64,000 bases of DNA from Fidelibacterota bacterium (GCA_043822705.1 JBDRBK010000115.1:49993-113992), one strand, 5' to 3'; positions 38,701 through 48,345 are shown, numbered from the stretch's first letter. Program-made: numbers and translations. The notes: generated from the letters alone by a model not told the origin.

Positions 38701-39083
38701 AAGGGGGTGCCAAATGGCAGGTGGAGCGGGACTGGCAGTTGGAATCGACCCTGCAGTGGGGGCACGACGACGGGAACCACCAGCAGAACGATTTTTCAGC
38801 GGTCGCCCGCGGCGTCAAACTGGAGGTCCTGCGCTTCCTGGGGCGGCAGGGGCGGCTACAGACGCAACTGGAATATTACCAGGTGGCCGCGGCGGAAGCG
38901 GTCGCGGCCCTGCCGCCTGAAGCGCTGCACGGTCTGGCTTTGGGACGCTCGCTGCGGGCCAACCTGGCGGGCCAGTTCCTGATCGGCGCCAACCTGACCG
39001 CCACCGTCACGGCCAATTATATCAGTGACCGCCGCTACACAAACCTGATCACGGTGACCGGAGAACTGCGTGCGTTTTTCTAG
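35760..39083 (+). CDS. Very large outer-membrane beta-barrel protein (hypothetical, 1107 aa)
   Basis: Signal-like N-terminus, alternating beta-strand pattern throughout, and a C-terminal ...TGELRAFF OMP signature. The start codon is uncertain. Confidence 0.6.
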   Translation: MSSGSGFNLKLISLLLAGCWQLPAARPFEIATARDTIIVVPADSLLRLSHRPLIAGEFQLFREGVLVPEPDLYPVQGIVRLQGGRNDSIRFIASYNYLSPSPPLTVGPRVLDLPTLTATLRPSDQPDSGRAVPLPSPLPPQDELFAAGSIYRGVELSPFGGTDFSGGLRLQLQGRLGPDLQVNGVLTDESLPIQPEGNTQTIDEIDQVYLQVSHTLGSVTAGDIDFNLQQGKFLNLNRRLTGLSGVLATQKFKSQAVYAGAKGNYQQLLLKGVDGFQGPYSLTSVAGSRDIVVVAGSEKVYIDGQRLTRGENNDYVIDYSVGEVTFTARRLIHADSDIQVEYQYSDFNYSRSLVGANWESVGSGKAKFAIGWLREQDDTGSGQLNLSTAETDSLRRAGDREIHIDGAQADSSGDYYLLDGIYVYRDFVGAGQSAPRFNVTFRNTAEQGAYRRAVTAGGQLYYEFVPETERHWQQDLYSPVRVLTAPERRQLLQVTADMRPLDNLAVTTRLALSDQDLNRLSDRDDADNLGWAYELNIVGQGALADPDWHYDYRVNNWGRTDRFRTLQRDREVRFERDWNLTDNNIAAENLLSGGIGLSRRELWDINLDWSQYRRDRHLKTSQAATVSGGSGWLPEVNGYYRRMAATGEMLLQTGGRIALLPGNLHPYLDYSTELNKDRSRFDQRIAGLNYATAGSQAQLGIGRRADWSETDSTEAGLESLSRNYFGNIDLVHRSTGGWNLDLTFRKSLKSEYLTGQDYDFELLRTDVSFNNRQRPLQWDLKTKLEETFTEGRAVVYDSVGVGLGTHRYDSGFNEYVPDLNGAYIGYSVPTGDRSPTTRFDGIQRLRFDFSRTGWTRLHGLSARLELRSEFRGRRFGTSRLVRPGLGDDGISRAQWNALTEIDLQLRGSGRRIRAWNRQGRDLNGLDPRGSDLKREREIGIDLTRTVSKNIQAVTRLEQRDVLVNSSLSALRRRAVNGYWLEGGAKWQVERDWQLESTLQWGHDDGNHQQNDFSAVARGVKLEVLRFLGRQGRLQTQLEYYQVAAAEAVAALPPEALHGLALGRSLRANLAGQFLIGANLTATVTANYISDRRYTNLITVTGELRAFF

Positions 39084-40440
39084 AATATTGCTGCTGCTGG
39101 CGACCACCATCGCCGTTCCGGCGCAAACGGTAGTTGTTTCGATATCGGCCACCGGACTGGAATTCTCTGCGGGCGATTCGCTGGCGATCGTGCAGCGGCT
39201 GGATTCGCTGTTGCTGGCGGCTGGTGACTGGGGCAGTCAGTTCAGCTTGTCCGGCGTCAATCGTGGTGACGATCTGCGACTCGATTATTCGCTGCAAACA
39301 CATCGCCGGCAGGTCGATTCCCTGGTGTTCAGCGACGACGGTGAAATAGCGCTTGCCGTGAAACGAATGCTGTTCCGGCATATTCTGGCGGCGGAATCTC
39401 CGGGCGCGGCCGAATCGGTCCTGAGTCGAATCAGAGAGACCTATCCATTCCTGAATGAAAAGACGGAATTGGCCTGGGGCCGCTATGCTGACGACCGGAT
39501 CGCCGCCGTTATCCGGGTCCGGCCCGATTTCGCCAGCAGTTTCAGCGGAATTGCCGGCTTGAGTCGTGAAGCCGACCGGGACTGGCAGTTGACCGGCCAA
39601 TTGGACCTGCACCTGGAAAATGCCTGGCGCAGCGCCGGTACTGTCGATATCGAGTGGCGTCGCAAGGATGAATTGTCCCAGAATATCGCCCTGGCGATTG
39701 AGGAACCGCACCCGCTTTCACTGCCGATCGGCCTGACCGCCTCCTTCCGGCAGAATCTGGAGCAGGGCTGGTATGTGCAAAAGGAAATTTCGGCTGGCGT
39801 AGTAGCGGTTCTAGCGGATCGCGGCCAGTGGCGGCTCGGCTCGGAACGGATCACGGTTGTGCCGACGGAAAAAGGCGATTCGGCCGGCGTCACCGCCCTT
39901 ACCAGCAACCTGCTGTTCTGTTCCGGCAGCGGTGACAGCCGTGACGATCGCTGGCTGCCCCAAAAAGGCGGGACCTGGCAATTTTACGGCGCATTCGGCG
40001 AGCGGAAGACCGCTACCGCCAGCCGCAGCGGGCGATATCAGTTGCAGGCGGCCTACTATTTCCGGGTGCTTCCGTTACTGAGTTTTCATCCGGCGCTGCG
40101 ATTCCAGGGCACCACGGTCAAACAGGCCGCGCTGCACCAGTCGGAAATGGTGAAATTCGGCGGCACCGGTTCGCTGCGCGGTTACCGGGAGGATTTTTTC
40201 CAGGCTCCCTGGGTCATGCTGACACAACTGGAACTGATCTACCGGGCCGGAAAAAACCTGCAACTACTGTTATTCGGCGATATCGGCGGCCAGGACGTGT
40301 ACCGGCCGTTGCCGTTTGGATTAGGGCTGGCCCTGGTTCAGCGCTCGGCGGGAACGATTGTCGAGGTCGGCTATGGTATTGGCCGCAGCGATCGGTTAGC
40401 GGAGGGGAAATTGCATGTTCGACTTACCGGGCGGTTGTAA
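39070..40440 (+). CDS. Omp85/BamA-family (bacterial surface antigen) outer-membrane protein
   Basis: Signal peptide and a C-terminal barrel with FGGTGSLRGYREDFF. Overlaps the upstream OMP gene by 14 nt. Confidence 0.7.
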   Translation: MRFSRILLLLATTIAVPAQTVVVSISATGLEFSAGDSLAIVQRLDSLLLAAGDWGSQFSLSGVNRGDDLRLDYSLQTHRRQVDSLVFSDDGEIALAVKRMLFRHILAAESPGAAESVLSRIRETYPFLNEKTELAWGRYADDRIAAVIRVRPDFASSFSGIAGLSREADRDWQLTGQLDLHLENAWRSAGTVDIEWRRKDELSQNIALAIEEPHPLSLPIGLTASFRQNLEQGWYVQKEISAGVVAVLADRGQWRLGSERITVVPTEKGDSAGVTALTSNLLFCSGSGDSRDDRWLPQKGGTWQFYGAFGERKTATASRSGRYQLQAAYYFRVLPLLSFHPALRFQGTTVKQAALHQSEMVKFGGTGSLRGYREDFFQAPWVMLTQLELIYRAGKNLQLLLFGDIGGQDVYRPLPFGLGLALVQRSAGTIVEVGYGIGRSDRLAEGKLHVRLTGRL

Positions 40441-40460
40441 AACACACTAAATTCAAACCA

Positions 40461-42575
40461 ATGATAATGAAAAATAAAAGCAATTTAGAACAAAATTTAC
40501 TGGAATATATCAAATCCCACGCCGCCGGCAGCTTCCGCCAACGCGATCTGGTCCAGCAACTGAAAGTCGCCGAACAGGATATCAATCAACTGAGCTCCCT
40601 GCTCCAGCGCTTTACCGAGGAAGGACTGATCGGCCGCGTGAAACGGGGACTGTATAAAGTCAAGCTTGCTGAAAACGAATGGGAAGGTAAGCTGGTCGTC
40701 AACCAGAAAGGTTTCGGATTCGTAATATCCGACACCGACCGTCCCGATATTTTTGTCGGCCGACGACAGATGGGCAATGCCGTCCATGGTGACTGGGTCC
40801 GGGTGCGGGTTAAAGGCCGGTTGGCTGAATCTACCAGCGGAGCGATCGACCGGGTAATTTGGCGCGGTACCGACCGGTTCGTGGGTACCGTCTATCGGGA
40901 AAATTCCAGCGACTGGCTGGCTGTGCAGCCGCTGACACCGGCCCGGGGTATTAAAATTCTGGCCGGCGGATCGATCAAGTACACGCCCGGTTTGACGGTG
41001 GTGGCCGTGGTCAAGGACTGGGGCAGCCAGAACAGTCCCATCACGGTGGTTATTACCAAGATAATCGGCGCCGCCGGCGATCCGATGAACGACCTCGCCA
41101 TAATTCTCAGCCGTTACGGATACGATACGGAATTCCCTGCCAAGGTTTTGACCCAGACCCAAGGATTCTCCGAAGCCGATGTCCGGAAGGAAAGTAAGCA
41201 ACGCCAGGATTTTCGCGATCTGTTGACTGTCACCATCGATCCCGAGACGGCCCGCGATTTCGACGACGCGCTGTCGATCGAAGAATCCGCTGACGGTTAC
41301 CAACTGAGTGTGCATATCGCCGACGTCAGCCATTTCATCCCGGTCGGTTCTCCTCTTGACCGGGAAGCATTGAACCGCGGAACATCGGTGTACTTCACCG
41401 AAGGTACGGTCCCGATGTTGCCGGAAGCGCTGTCGGGCGATCTCTGTTCCCTGAAACCGGGAGTCGACCGCCTTACCCTGACGGCACGGATCAAGCTGAG
41501 CCGGAAGTTTGCGGTAACCGGTTTCGAGGTGGTTCCGGCGGTCATCAACAGCGATTACCGTTTTACCTATCGCCAGGTCCAGGAGATTCTTGATGGTCGC
41601 AGCGCTCACCCGGTCCGCAGGCAGTTATTGCTGCTGCTGGAATTAAGCCGCTTCCTGCACCGCCAGCGCAGTGCTTGGGGCAGTATCGATTTTGATATTC
41701 CCGAGTCCATTTTCACGCTGTCACCCGAGGGTATTCCCCGTGAAATAACCACCGGCGAACGGCTGGACAGTCACCGGCTGGTGGAAGAATGCATGTTGCT
41801 GGCCAACCGGCTGGTAGCGGAACGGATTCCCGGAAAAGCACCTAATCAGCGGCCGTTTTTATACCGCATCCACGATCAGCCGGAGAGCACCGATGTGGTG
41901 CGCCTGCTGGACCTGCTGCGCCGGCTGAAAATCTACCACGGCACCGCCACCGACGAACTGACATCGGCCCAATTGCGTGATATAATCGCCGGTGTCGAGC
42001 AGTCACCCTACAAGTATCTGGTGGAAAATATTGCTTTGCGGTCTATGACCAAGGCGGTCTATCTGCCGGTCAACCGGGGGCATTTCGGGCTGGCCTTCCG
42101 CGCCTATACTCATTTTACCAGCCCGATCCGGCGCTACCCGGACCTGGTCGTGCACCGGTTGATCAAGCAGTACTATTTTCAGACGGAATTTTATTTGAAA
42201 GAGACCCTCCCGCCGGTTCTGAGCAGCGTCTGCGAAGCGGCCGTTCAGGCCGAACTGAAGGCGTTGCAGGCCGAGCGGGAATACACCAAGATCAAACAGT
42301 TGCGCTGGCTGCAGGAACATCTCGGCGAGACCTTCGAAGGAATTATCTCCGGCGTCATCCAGTTTGGATTTTTCGTGGAACTGGCCGATACGCTGGTGGA
42401 AGGGCTGGTGCACGTCGAGACGCTGACTGCCGATGATTTCAGTTTTGACGAGGAACATTACTGCCTGACCGGGCGGCGCAGCGAGCAGAAGTACTGTCTG
42501 GGACTGGCTGTCAGGATCAAGGTTCAGGAAGTGCTGCTGGATAAAGTGCGGGCGAATTTCATCCTGGCTGACTGA
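40461..42575 (+). CDS. rnr: Ribonuclease R
   Basis: N-terminal HTH/cold-shock-like domains, an RNB catalytic domain (DPETARDFDDALS, HFTSPIRRYPDLVVHR) and a C-terminal S1 domain. Confidence 0.9.
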   Translation: MIMKNKSNLEQNLLEYIKSHAAGSFRQRDLVQQLKVAEQDINQLSSLLQRFTEEGLIGRVKRGLYKVKLAENEWEGKLVVNQKGFGFVISDTDRPDIFVGRRQMGNAVHGDWVRVRVKGRLAESTSGAIDRVIWRGTDRFVGTVYRENSSDWLAVQPLTPARGIKILAGGSIKYTPGLTVVAVVKDWGSQNSPITVVITKIIGAAGDPMNDLAIILSRYGYDTEFPAKVLTQTQGFSEADVRKESKQRQDFRDLLTVTIDPETARDFDDALSIEESADGYQLSVHIADVSHFIPVGSPLDREALNRGTSVYFTEGTVPMLPEALSGDLCSLKPGVDRLTLTARIKLSRKFAVTGFEVVPAVINSDYRFTYRQVQEILDGRSAHPVRRQLLLLLELSRFLHRQRSAWGSIDFDIPESIFTLSPEGIPREITTGERLDSHRLVEECMLLANRLVAERIPGKAPNQRPFLYRIHDQPESTDVVRLLDLLRRLKIYHGTATDELTSAQLRDIIAGVEQSPYKYLVENIALRSMTKAVYLPVNRGHFGLAFRAYTHFTSPIRRYPDLVVHRLIKQYYFQTEFYLKETLPPVLSSVCEAAVQAELKALQAEREYTKIKQLRWLQEHLGETFEGIISGVIQFGFFVELADTLVEGLVHVETLTADDFSFDEEHYCLTGRRSEQKYCLGLAVRIKVQEVLLDKVRANFILAD

Positions 42576-42683
42576 ACCGGACCAGACCTGTTCAATCTCA
42601 GACGGGCAACTAGTGCTGCTGTTTTGATTATGATAATAAATTCATTAGCCTGAAATTCCATCGTTATTAGCGGAATTAAATCT

Positions 42684-43691
42684 ATGAAAATGCCAGTTCG
42701 GATTATTTTGATTGCCAGCGTGGTAATTATTGTCGGCGCATGTGGTTCGCTGCGCGATGCCATCGGTGACGATAATAAAATTATTGTTATTACACCCGAA
42801 CCGCAGGCGGCGGCGGTCCGCCGGGCCTTGAGCACTATTTTTTCCGATACCCTGTTTACGCCGCAGCCCGAACCGCTATATGTGATTCAGACGGCCAAAG
42901 TGGAGGAATACAACCGGTATAACACCCACGTCAATTTCATCGTGACCGGATTAGGCACCGACCCGGTCAACCCCGGCAACCGGCTGGTCAAACAACTGTT
43001 GCCGGCCGCCAGTTATGCCGCATCCAAAAACGGCGGTGAGGCGATTTACCTGAGCCATGATCAACATGCCCAAAACCAGCTTTTTCTGGTGCTGAGTGCC
43101 CGGGATGAGGAACATCTGGTCACTGAATTAATCCGCAATCGGGATTGGTTGAAAGAGCAGTTCGATGGGCTGTTCGAAATGCGTCAGGGCGAGTATCTGT
43201 TCGATAAGGTCCGCCAGGAAGCGGTGGAGAAGCGAATTTATCAGAACTTCGGCTGGGGCATGAAAATTCCCTGGGGTTTCGAAATACTCGCCGAAGATTC
43301 AATCAGGAATTTCTTCTGGATGGGCCGCGATTTGCCGTATCGCTGGATATCGGTCCAATGGCAGGACGGGCAGCAGCTCGTCGACAGTGTCGTGGCCGGC
43401 CGCCTGGCGACCGAATACCCGGATCAGTATTATGGCAACGTGCGCTTCACCGATTACAAATTTACCGTCAAGGCTGTCGATTTCGCCGACTGGTCCGCCT
43501 GGCGTGTGACCGGGCTCTGGGAAGAAAAGGTCGAGCCGCAGGGCGGGCCGTTCGTACACTACATTTTTTATGACGGCATTACCGACCGTACTTATCAGGT
43601 TAATTTGCTGATCTTCTTTCCCGGCAAGGATAAGGCGATCCTGATGCGGCAGTTGGACATTATCGCCCGTTCATTTTTTGTGGAACAATAA
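42684..43691 (+). CDS. Hypothetical lipoprotein (DUF4837-like)
   Basis: Lipobox IIVGAC. The length and pattern resemble DUF4837 proteins of the FCB group, but this is from memory only. Confidence 0.5.
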   Translation: MKMPVRIILIASVVIIVGACGSLRDAIGDDNKIIVITPEPQAAAVRRALSTIFSDTLFTPQPEPLYVIQTAKVEEYNRYNTHVNFIVTGLGTDPVNPGNRLVKQLLPAASYAASKNGGEAIYLSHDQHAQNQLFLVLSARDEEHLVTELIRNRDWLKEQFDGLFEMRQGEYLFDKVRQEAVEKRIYQNFGWGMKIPWGFEILAEDSIRNFFWMGRDLPYRWISVQWQDGQQLVDSVVAGRLATEYPDQYYGNVRFTDYKFTVKAVDFADWSAWRVTGLWEEKVEPQGGPFVHYIFYDGITDRTYQVNLLIFFPGKDKAILMRQLDIIARSFFVEQ

Positions 43692-43700
43692 ACTGACCAG

Positions 43701-44606
43701 ATGGCGGCCGAAGGCAAATTACCCAAAGTTTTAGTAACCGGCGCCTGCGGACAGGTGGGGGCCGATTTAATTCCGTTGCTGACGCCGGATTTGCAGGTCC
43801 TGGCCGGCGACCTGGCGTTGGTCGACAGTCTCGGCTACGACTGCCCCTGCGTCCAGCTTGATATAACCGATCCCGGCACCGTCTGTCAAACAGTGACTGA
43901 CTGGCGACCGGATGTCATCGTAAACCTGGTCGCGCTGACCAACGTCGATCAGTGCGAGCGTGAACCGCAATTGGCCCGGCGGGTTAATGTCGATGGCGTG
44001 GAAAACCTGCTGATGGTGCTGCCGGCCGGCGGGCATTTCATCCAGATTTCGACCGATTATATTTTTGACGGTGCCGCCGGTCCCTACCGGGAAACCGATC
44101 CACCCAATCCGATCAACCAGTACGGTCTGACCAAACTTGCTGCGGAGGAATTGTTAATCGGTGGGACGATGGACTGGACGGTAATCCGGACCAACGTTGT
44201 GTTCGGGGCGTCGATTCATACCGGGGCCAGTTTTCTGAAATGGGTGGTCGATTCACTGCGCTGCGGCCAGTCGATCAAAGTGGTAGACGATCAGTGGAAT
44301 AACCCGACCTGGACGGTCGGACTGGCGGAGATGATCCGGCAGGCAATCGAAACCCGCCTGACCGGCGTCTATAATTATGCCGGCAGCGACTATCTGAACC
44401 GGCTGGATTTCGCCCGGCTGATCGCCCGTTCCTTCGGACTTGCGGAAGACCTGATCACGCCGATCAGCACTGCTTCGCTGCGCCAGATTGCCGCCCGGCC
44501 GTTACGCGGCGGACTGGTCACCGACCGGACTGTCGCAGCGACCGGAATCCGTGCTTATTCGCTGCCGACAGCGCTCGCAACCATTCGTGCACAAGGTATA
44601 TTATGA
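43701..44606 (+). CDS. RmlD-like NAD(P)-dependent sugar-nucleotide reductase (dTDP-4-dehydrorhamnose reductase family)
   Basis: VLVTGACGQVG Rossmann motif, the YGLTKLAAE catalytic YxxxK, and RmlD-like length. Confidence 0.7.
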   Translation: MAAEGKLPKVLVTGACGQVGADLIPLLTPDLQVLAGDLALVDSLGYDCPCVQLDITDPGTVCQTVTDWRPDVIVNLVALTNVDQCEREPQLARRVNVDGVENLLMVLPAGGHFIQISTDYIFDGAAGPYRETDPPNPINQYGLTKLAAEELLIGGTMDWTVIRTNVVFGASIHTGASFLKWVVDSLRCGQSIKVVDDQWNNPTWTVGLAEMIRQAIETRLTGVYNYAGSDYLNRLDFARLIARSFGLAEDLITPISTASLRQIAARPLRGGLVTDRTVAATGIRAYSLPTALATIRAQGIL

Positions 44607-45319
44607 AGACCCTGATCATTTCACCGACCTATAACGAACACAAGAATATTCCCAACCTGCTGGCGAAAATTTTCGTCCTTGATCCCGATTATCATCTGTT
44701 GATCGTCGATGATAACTCTCCCGATGGTACCGGCGATCTGGTGGAGTCGCTCCGCCGGGATTATCCCAACCTCCACCTGGAACGGCGGGCGGAGAAGGGT
44801 GGACTGGGTACGGCCTATTGTCATGGGTTCCGATGGGCACTGGATCGTGATTTTGAGGTAATTGCCCAGATCGATGCCGATCTGTCCCACGATCCTAATG
44901 AAATTCCGGCGATGATCAAGAAACTTGACAATCATGATTTGGTGATCGGCAGCCGCTATTGCGATGGCATCAGTGTGGTGCGCTGGCCGCTGCGGCGGCT
45001 GGCACTCAGTTATGGCGCCAATATATATTCGCGGCTGGTCACCGGCATTCCGATTAAGGATAGTACCGCCGGTTTCAAAGTCTGGCGCCGCCTGGCGTTG
45101 GAGGCTATCGACCTCGGTGCCGTCCAGTCGCAGGGCTATTCGTTTCAGATTGAGATGCATTTCAGGGCGGCTGTCAAGGGTTTTAGAATTGCCGAACACC
45201 CGATTATTTTCATCGACCGGACTATCGGCGAATCGAAGATGAGCCATAAAATCATGTTTGAAGCCATGTGGATGGTCTGGCGGTTGCGTTTCTGGAAACT
45301 GATCGGAAAGATAAAATAA
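44603..45319 (+). CDS. GT2 polyprenol-phosphate mannosyl/glycosyl transferase (DPM1-like)
   Basis: ISPTYNEHKNI, VDDNSPDGT, DADLSHDP and a C-terminal FIDR..GESKM. Confidence 0.8.
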   Translation: MKTLIISPTYNEHKNIPNLLAKIFVLDPDYHLLIVDDNSPDGTGDLVESLRRDYPNLHLERRAEKGGLGTAYCHGFRWALDRDFEVIAQIDADLSHDPNEIPAMIKKLDNHDLVIGSRYCDGISVVRWPLRRLALSYGANIYSRLVTGIPIKDSTAGFKVWRRLALEAIDLGAVQSQGYSFQIEMHFRAAVKGFRIAEHPIIFIDRTIGESKMSHKIMFEAMWMVWRLRFWKLIGKIK

Positions 45320-45326
45320 AGCCGCC

Positions 45327-47384
45327 ATGCCGACACCTGCCGTATCGGTCCTGATAGTCAGTTTTAATGTGAGGCAGTATCTGGATCAAGCATTGCGTGC
45401 TGTCCATAAATCCGATTTCGCCGGTTCCCTGGAAATCATCGTCACCGAAAATAATTCATTTGACGGGACGGCGGATTTTCTGAAAAAGAATTATCCCGAC
45501 GTCAGTTTAATCACTAACGCGGTCAACGCCGGTTTTGGTCGGGCCGTCAATCAGGCCGCCCGGCGGGCAGCCGGGAATTATTTCCTGATACTCAATCCTG
45601 ATACGATCATTCAGGAAAGCACGATCGCGGTTCTGGTCGATTACCTTGAGACCAATCCCACGGTGGGAATGATCGGTCCCAAAATATTAACCGCCGACGG
45701 CAGCCTGCAACCAGCCTGCAAGCGTTCATTCCCGTCTTTGGGCGTGGCTCTGCCCAAGGCGCTGGGACTGAACCGGTTGTTCCCCCGCTCCCAATGGGCC
45801 AACCGCTACAATCTCACCTATCTCGATCCCGACCAGGTACATCGGGTGGATGCGATCAGCGGCTCCTGCATGTTCATACGTGCCGACCTGTTCCGCACGC
45901 TGGATGGATTCGACGAGCGTTTTTTCATGTTCGGGGAGGACCTCGATCTCTGTTACCGGGTCAACGAAGCTGGTTATGAAGTCCATTATGTGCCCGCCAC
46001 CCAGATCATTCACTACCAGGGTGAATCGGTCAAATCGGCGCCCTACGACAGTCTGAATGCCTTTTACAACGCCATGATATTATTCGCCGATAAACACTTT
46101 TCCCGGGGGCAGGGTATCTTGATGCGGTTGGGCATCCGACTGGGCATTTACCTGCGCAAATCCCTGGCCCAGGTTGCCAGCCGGCGCTCCCAGATTATTT
46201 CGATTATTCTGGACGGTCTGGTGGTTACAGCCGCGTTCCTGATCGCCATTCCCTTGAAATTCGGTGATTATCAACCGATCACCGCCAGTCACGGGCTGGT
46301 GCCGGCCGTCTATATTGTTTTCTGGCTGATCGTCGGCAGTGTGTTTCAGTTGTATTCCCGCTTCAATTTATCCTATTCGCGGGCGATTCTGTCATCGTTC
46401 ACGGGCTTCCTGATCGCGGTGACCTTTACCTATTTTTTCAAGCAGTACGCCTTTTCGCGCCTGATCATCCTGGTTGCCTCGTCGATCATCAGTCTGCTGC
46501 TGCCGGGCTGGCGCATCCTGATTCATTATCTGATATCAAGGGGGGTTTTCCGATCGGTTCACAATCACCGGGATTTGCTGTTTGCCCGCAAGACGTTAAT
46601 CATCGGGTCCGATGCGGAAAGCGCACGCATCGCCGACCGGCTGATCAAACGTTTCGATACCGGTCTGGAACTGGTCGGTTTCTGCGATGACCGGGTCGAT
46701 GATCCCGAACGTCTGCCGCTGCCGTTTCTGGGCACTTTGACCGACCTGCGTGATATCGTCCGGACGAAAGGGATCGGCGAAGTGATTTTTTCCACCGGGA
46801 AATTCACCAACGAGGCGATTCTGCGGATAATGGTACAGACCAAGGATTTGCATCTGATTTACCGGATGGTTCCCCAGAAACAGGATATTCTATTAGGAAA
46901 GGCGCTGGTGGAGGAAATTGGCGATTTTTCCTTCATTAATATCAATTATCCCCTGTACAACCGTCTGAATAAAATATCAAAACGGCTCTTCGACCTGATC
47001 GGTTCGACTATTCTGCTGGTGCCGGCAGCCCCGGTAATTTTCCTGAAGAAATTAGCCGGCGCCGGAAAAAAAATCGAGTTTTGGGGGCCGGACGGAACGA
47101 AATTCCAAGCGGGTATGCTGGTATCGGGTAACCGTTTTATTGCCAGATTACCACTGTTGTGGCAAATAATAGTCGGAAAGATGAGCTTCGTTGGGGCGAC
47201 ACTGGTTCAGACTTCCGCAACTGACCCGGGTATCATGTTCCGACCGGGACTTACCGGGTTGGACCGCATCAGGAAAATTCCTTATTCAACGGAAGATCGG
47301 CGTCTACTGGACCATTATTATGTTCAGCACCAGAATTTCACGCTGGATTTGGAAATTATTTTAAAATCAGTTTTTGGCGGCTGA
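45327..47384 (+). CDS. Fusion protein: N-terminal GT2 glycosyltransferase, TM block, Rossmann-like linker, and a C-terminal degenerate bacterial sugar-transferase (PGT)-like domain
   Basis: GT2 part: SVLIVSFN, NAGFGRAVNQ, LNPDT, FGEDLDLCYR. C-terminal part: KRLFDLIGS..., MSFVG, RPGLTG, LDHYYVQHQNFTLDLEIILKS. Confidence 0.7.
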   Translation: MPTPAVSVLIVSFNVRQYLDQALRAVHKSDFAGSLEIIVTENNSFDGTADFLKKNYPDVSLITNAVNAGFGRAVNQAARRAAGNYFLILNPDTIIQESTIAVLVDYLETNPTVGMIGPKILTADGSLQPACKRSFPSLGVALPKALGLNRLFPRSQWANRYNLTYLDPDQVHRVDAISGSCMFIRADLFRTLDGFDERFFMFGEDLDLCYRVNEAGYEVHYVPATQIIHYQGESVKSAPYDSLNAFYNAMILFADKHFSRGQGILMRLGIRLGIYLRKSLAQVASRRSQIISIILDGLVVTAAFLIAIPLKFGDYQPITASHGLVPAVYIVFWLIVGSVFQLYSRFNLSYSRAILSSFTGFLIAVTFTYFFKQYAFSRLIILVASSIISLLLPGWRILIHYLISRGVFRSVHNHRDLLFARKTLIIGSDAESARIADRLIKRFDTGLELVGFCDDRVDDPERLPLPFLGTLTDLRDIVRTKGIGEVIFSTGKFTNEAILRIMVQTKDLHLIYRMVPQKQDILLGKALVEEIGDFSFININYPLYNRLNKISKRLFDLIGSTILLVPAAPVIFLKKLAGAGKKIEFWGPDGTKFQAGMLVSGNRFIARLPLLWQIIVGKMSFVGATLVQTSATDPGIMFRPGLTGLDRIRKIPYSTEDRRLLDHYYVQHQNFTLDLEIILKSVFGG

Positions 47385-47385
47385 A

Positions 47386-48345
47386 ATGGCTAATAATTAT
47401 ATCCTTGAATTCGAAAAACCGATTCAGGAACTTGAAGATAAATTACTGGAATTACGCTCGTCCAGCATTTCCGGTAATGATTTGTCCAAGGATATCGCCG
47501 AGCTGGAACAGAAACGTGAACGGCTGATCCGCCGGATTTACGGCAATCTGTCACGCTGGCAGCGGGTGCAGCTGGCCCGGCATCCCAAGCGACCCTACAG
47601 CAAGGATTATATCGACTACCTGTCCCCCGATTTTCTGGAGCTGCATGGCGACCGGTTTTTCCGGGATGATCCAGCGGTGATCGGCGGAATTGGCACAATC
47701 GACGGTAAATCGGTACTCTACATCGGCCAGCAGAAAGGCCGCAATACGACCGAAAATTTGTACCGGAATTTCGGCATGATGGGTCCGGATGGTTACCGCA
47801 AGGCGTTGCGGTTGATGAAAATGGCGGAAAAATTCAAGTTGCCGATCATTTGTCTGATAGACACGATCGGGGCTTATCCCGGTATCGATGCCGAGGAACG
47901 GGGCCAGGGCGAAGCGATCGCCCGCAACCTGTTTGAAATGTCCCTGATTGCCGTACCGATTCTGATCATCGTGATCGGAGAAGGCGCCAGCGGCGGCGCC
48001 CTGGGTATCGGCGTCGGCGATCGTTTTCTAATGCTTGAAAATACTTGGTTCTCGGTAATTAGTCCCGAAGGTTGTGCTTCGATTCTGTGGCACGATGCGG
48101 CCAAAGCGGCCGAGGCCGCCGATGCCATGCGCGTGACCGCCGCCGATATGCTCGAAATGAAAATCTGTGATCGGATCATCGAGGAACCGCTGGGCGGCGC
48201 CCATCGCGATGCACGGGCCATGGGCGCCATTTTGCGGGATATCATCCTGGAGGAACTGACCGGCCTGGAAGCGCTGGATCGGGCAACGCTGCTGCAGCAG
48301 CGTCTGGAGCGCTACGATAATATCGGCAGCTACAGCGAAGATTAA
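47386..48345 (+). CDS. accA: Acetyl-CoA carboxylase carboxyltransferase subunit alpha
   Basis: LEFEKPI.ELE..., RHPKRPY, and IDT.GAYPG..AEERGQ.EAIA. Confidence 0.93.
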   Translation: MANNYILEFEKPIQELEDKLLELRSSSISGNDLSKDIAELEQKRERLIRRIYGNLSRWQRVQLARHPKRPYSKDYIDYLSPDFLELHGDRFFRDDPAVIGGIGTIDGKSVLYIGQQKGRNTTENLYRNFGMMGPDGYRKALRLMKMAEKFKLPIICLIDTIGAYPGIDAEERGQGEAIARNLFEMSLIAVPILIIVIGEGASGGALGIGVGDRFLMLENTWFSVISPEGCASILWHDAAKAAEAADAMRVTAADMLEMKICDRIIEEPLGGAHRDARAMGAILRDIILEELTGLEALDRATLLQQRLERYDNIGSYSED

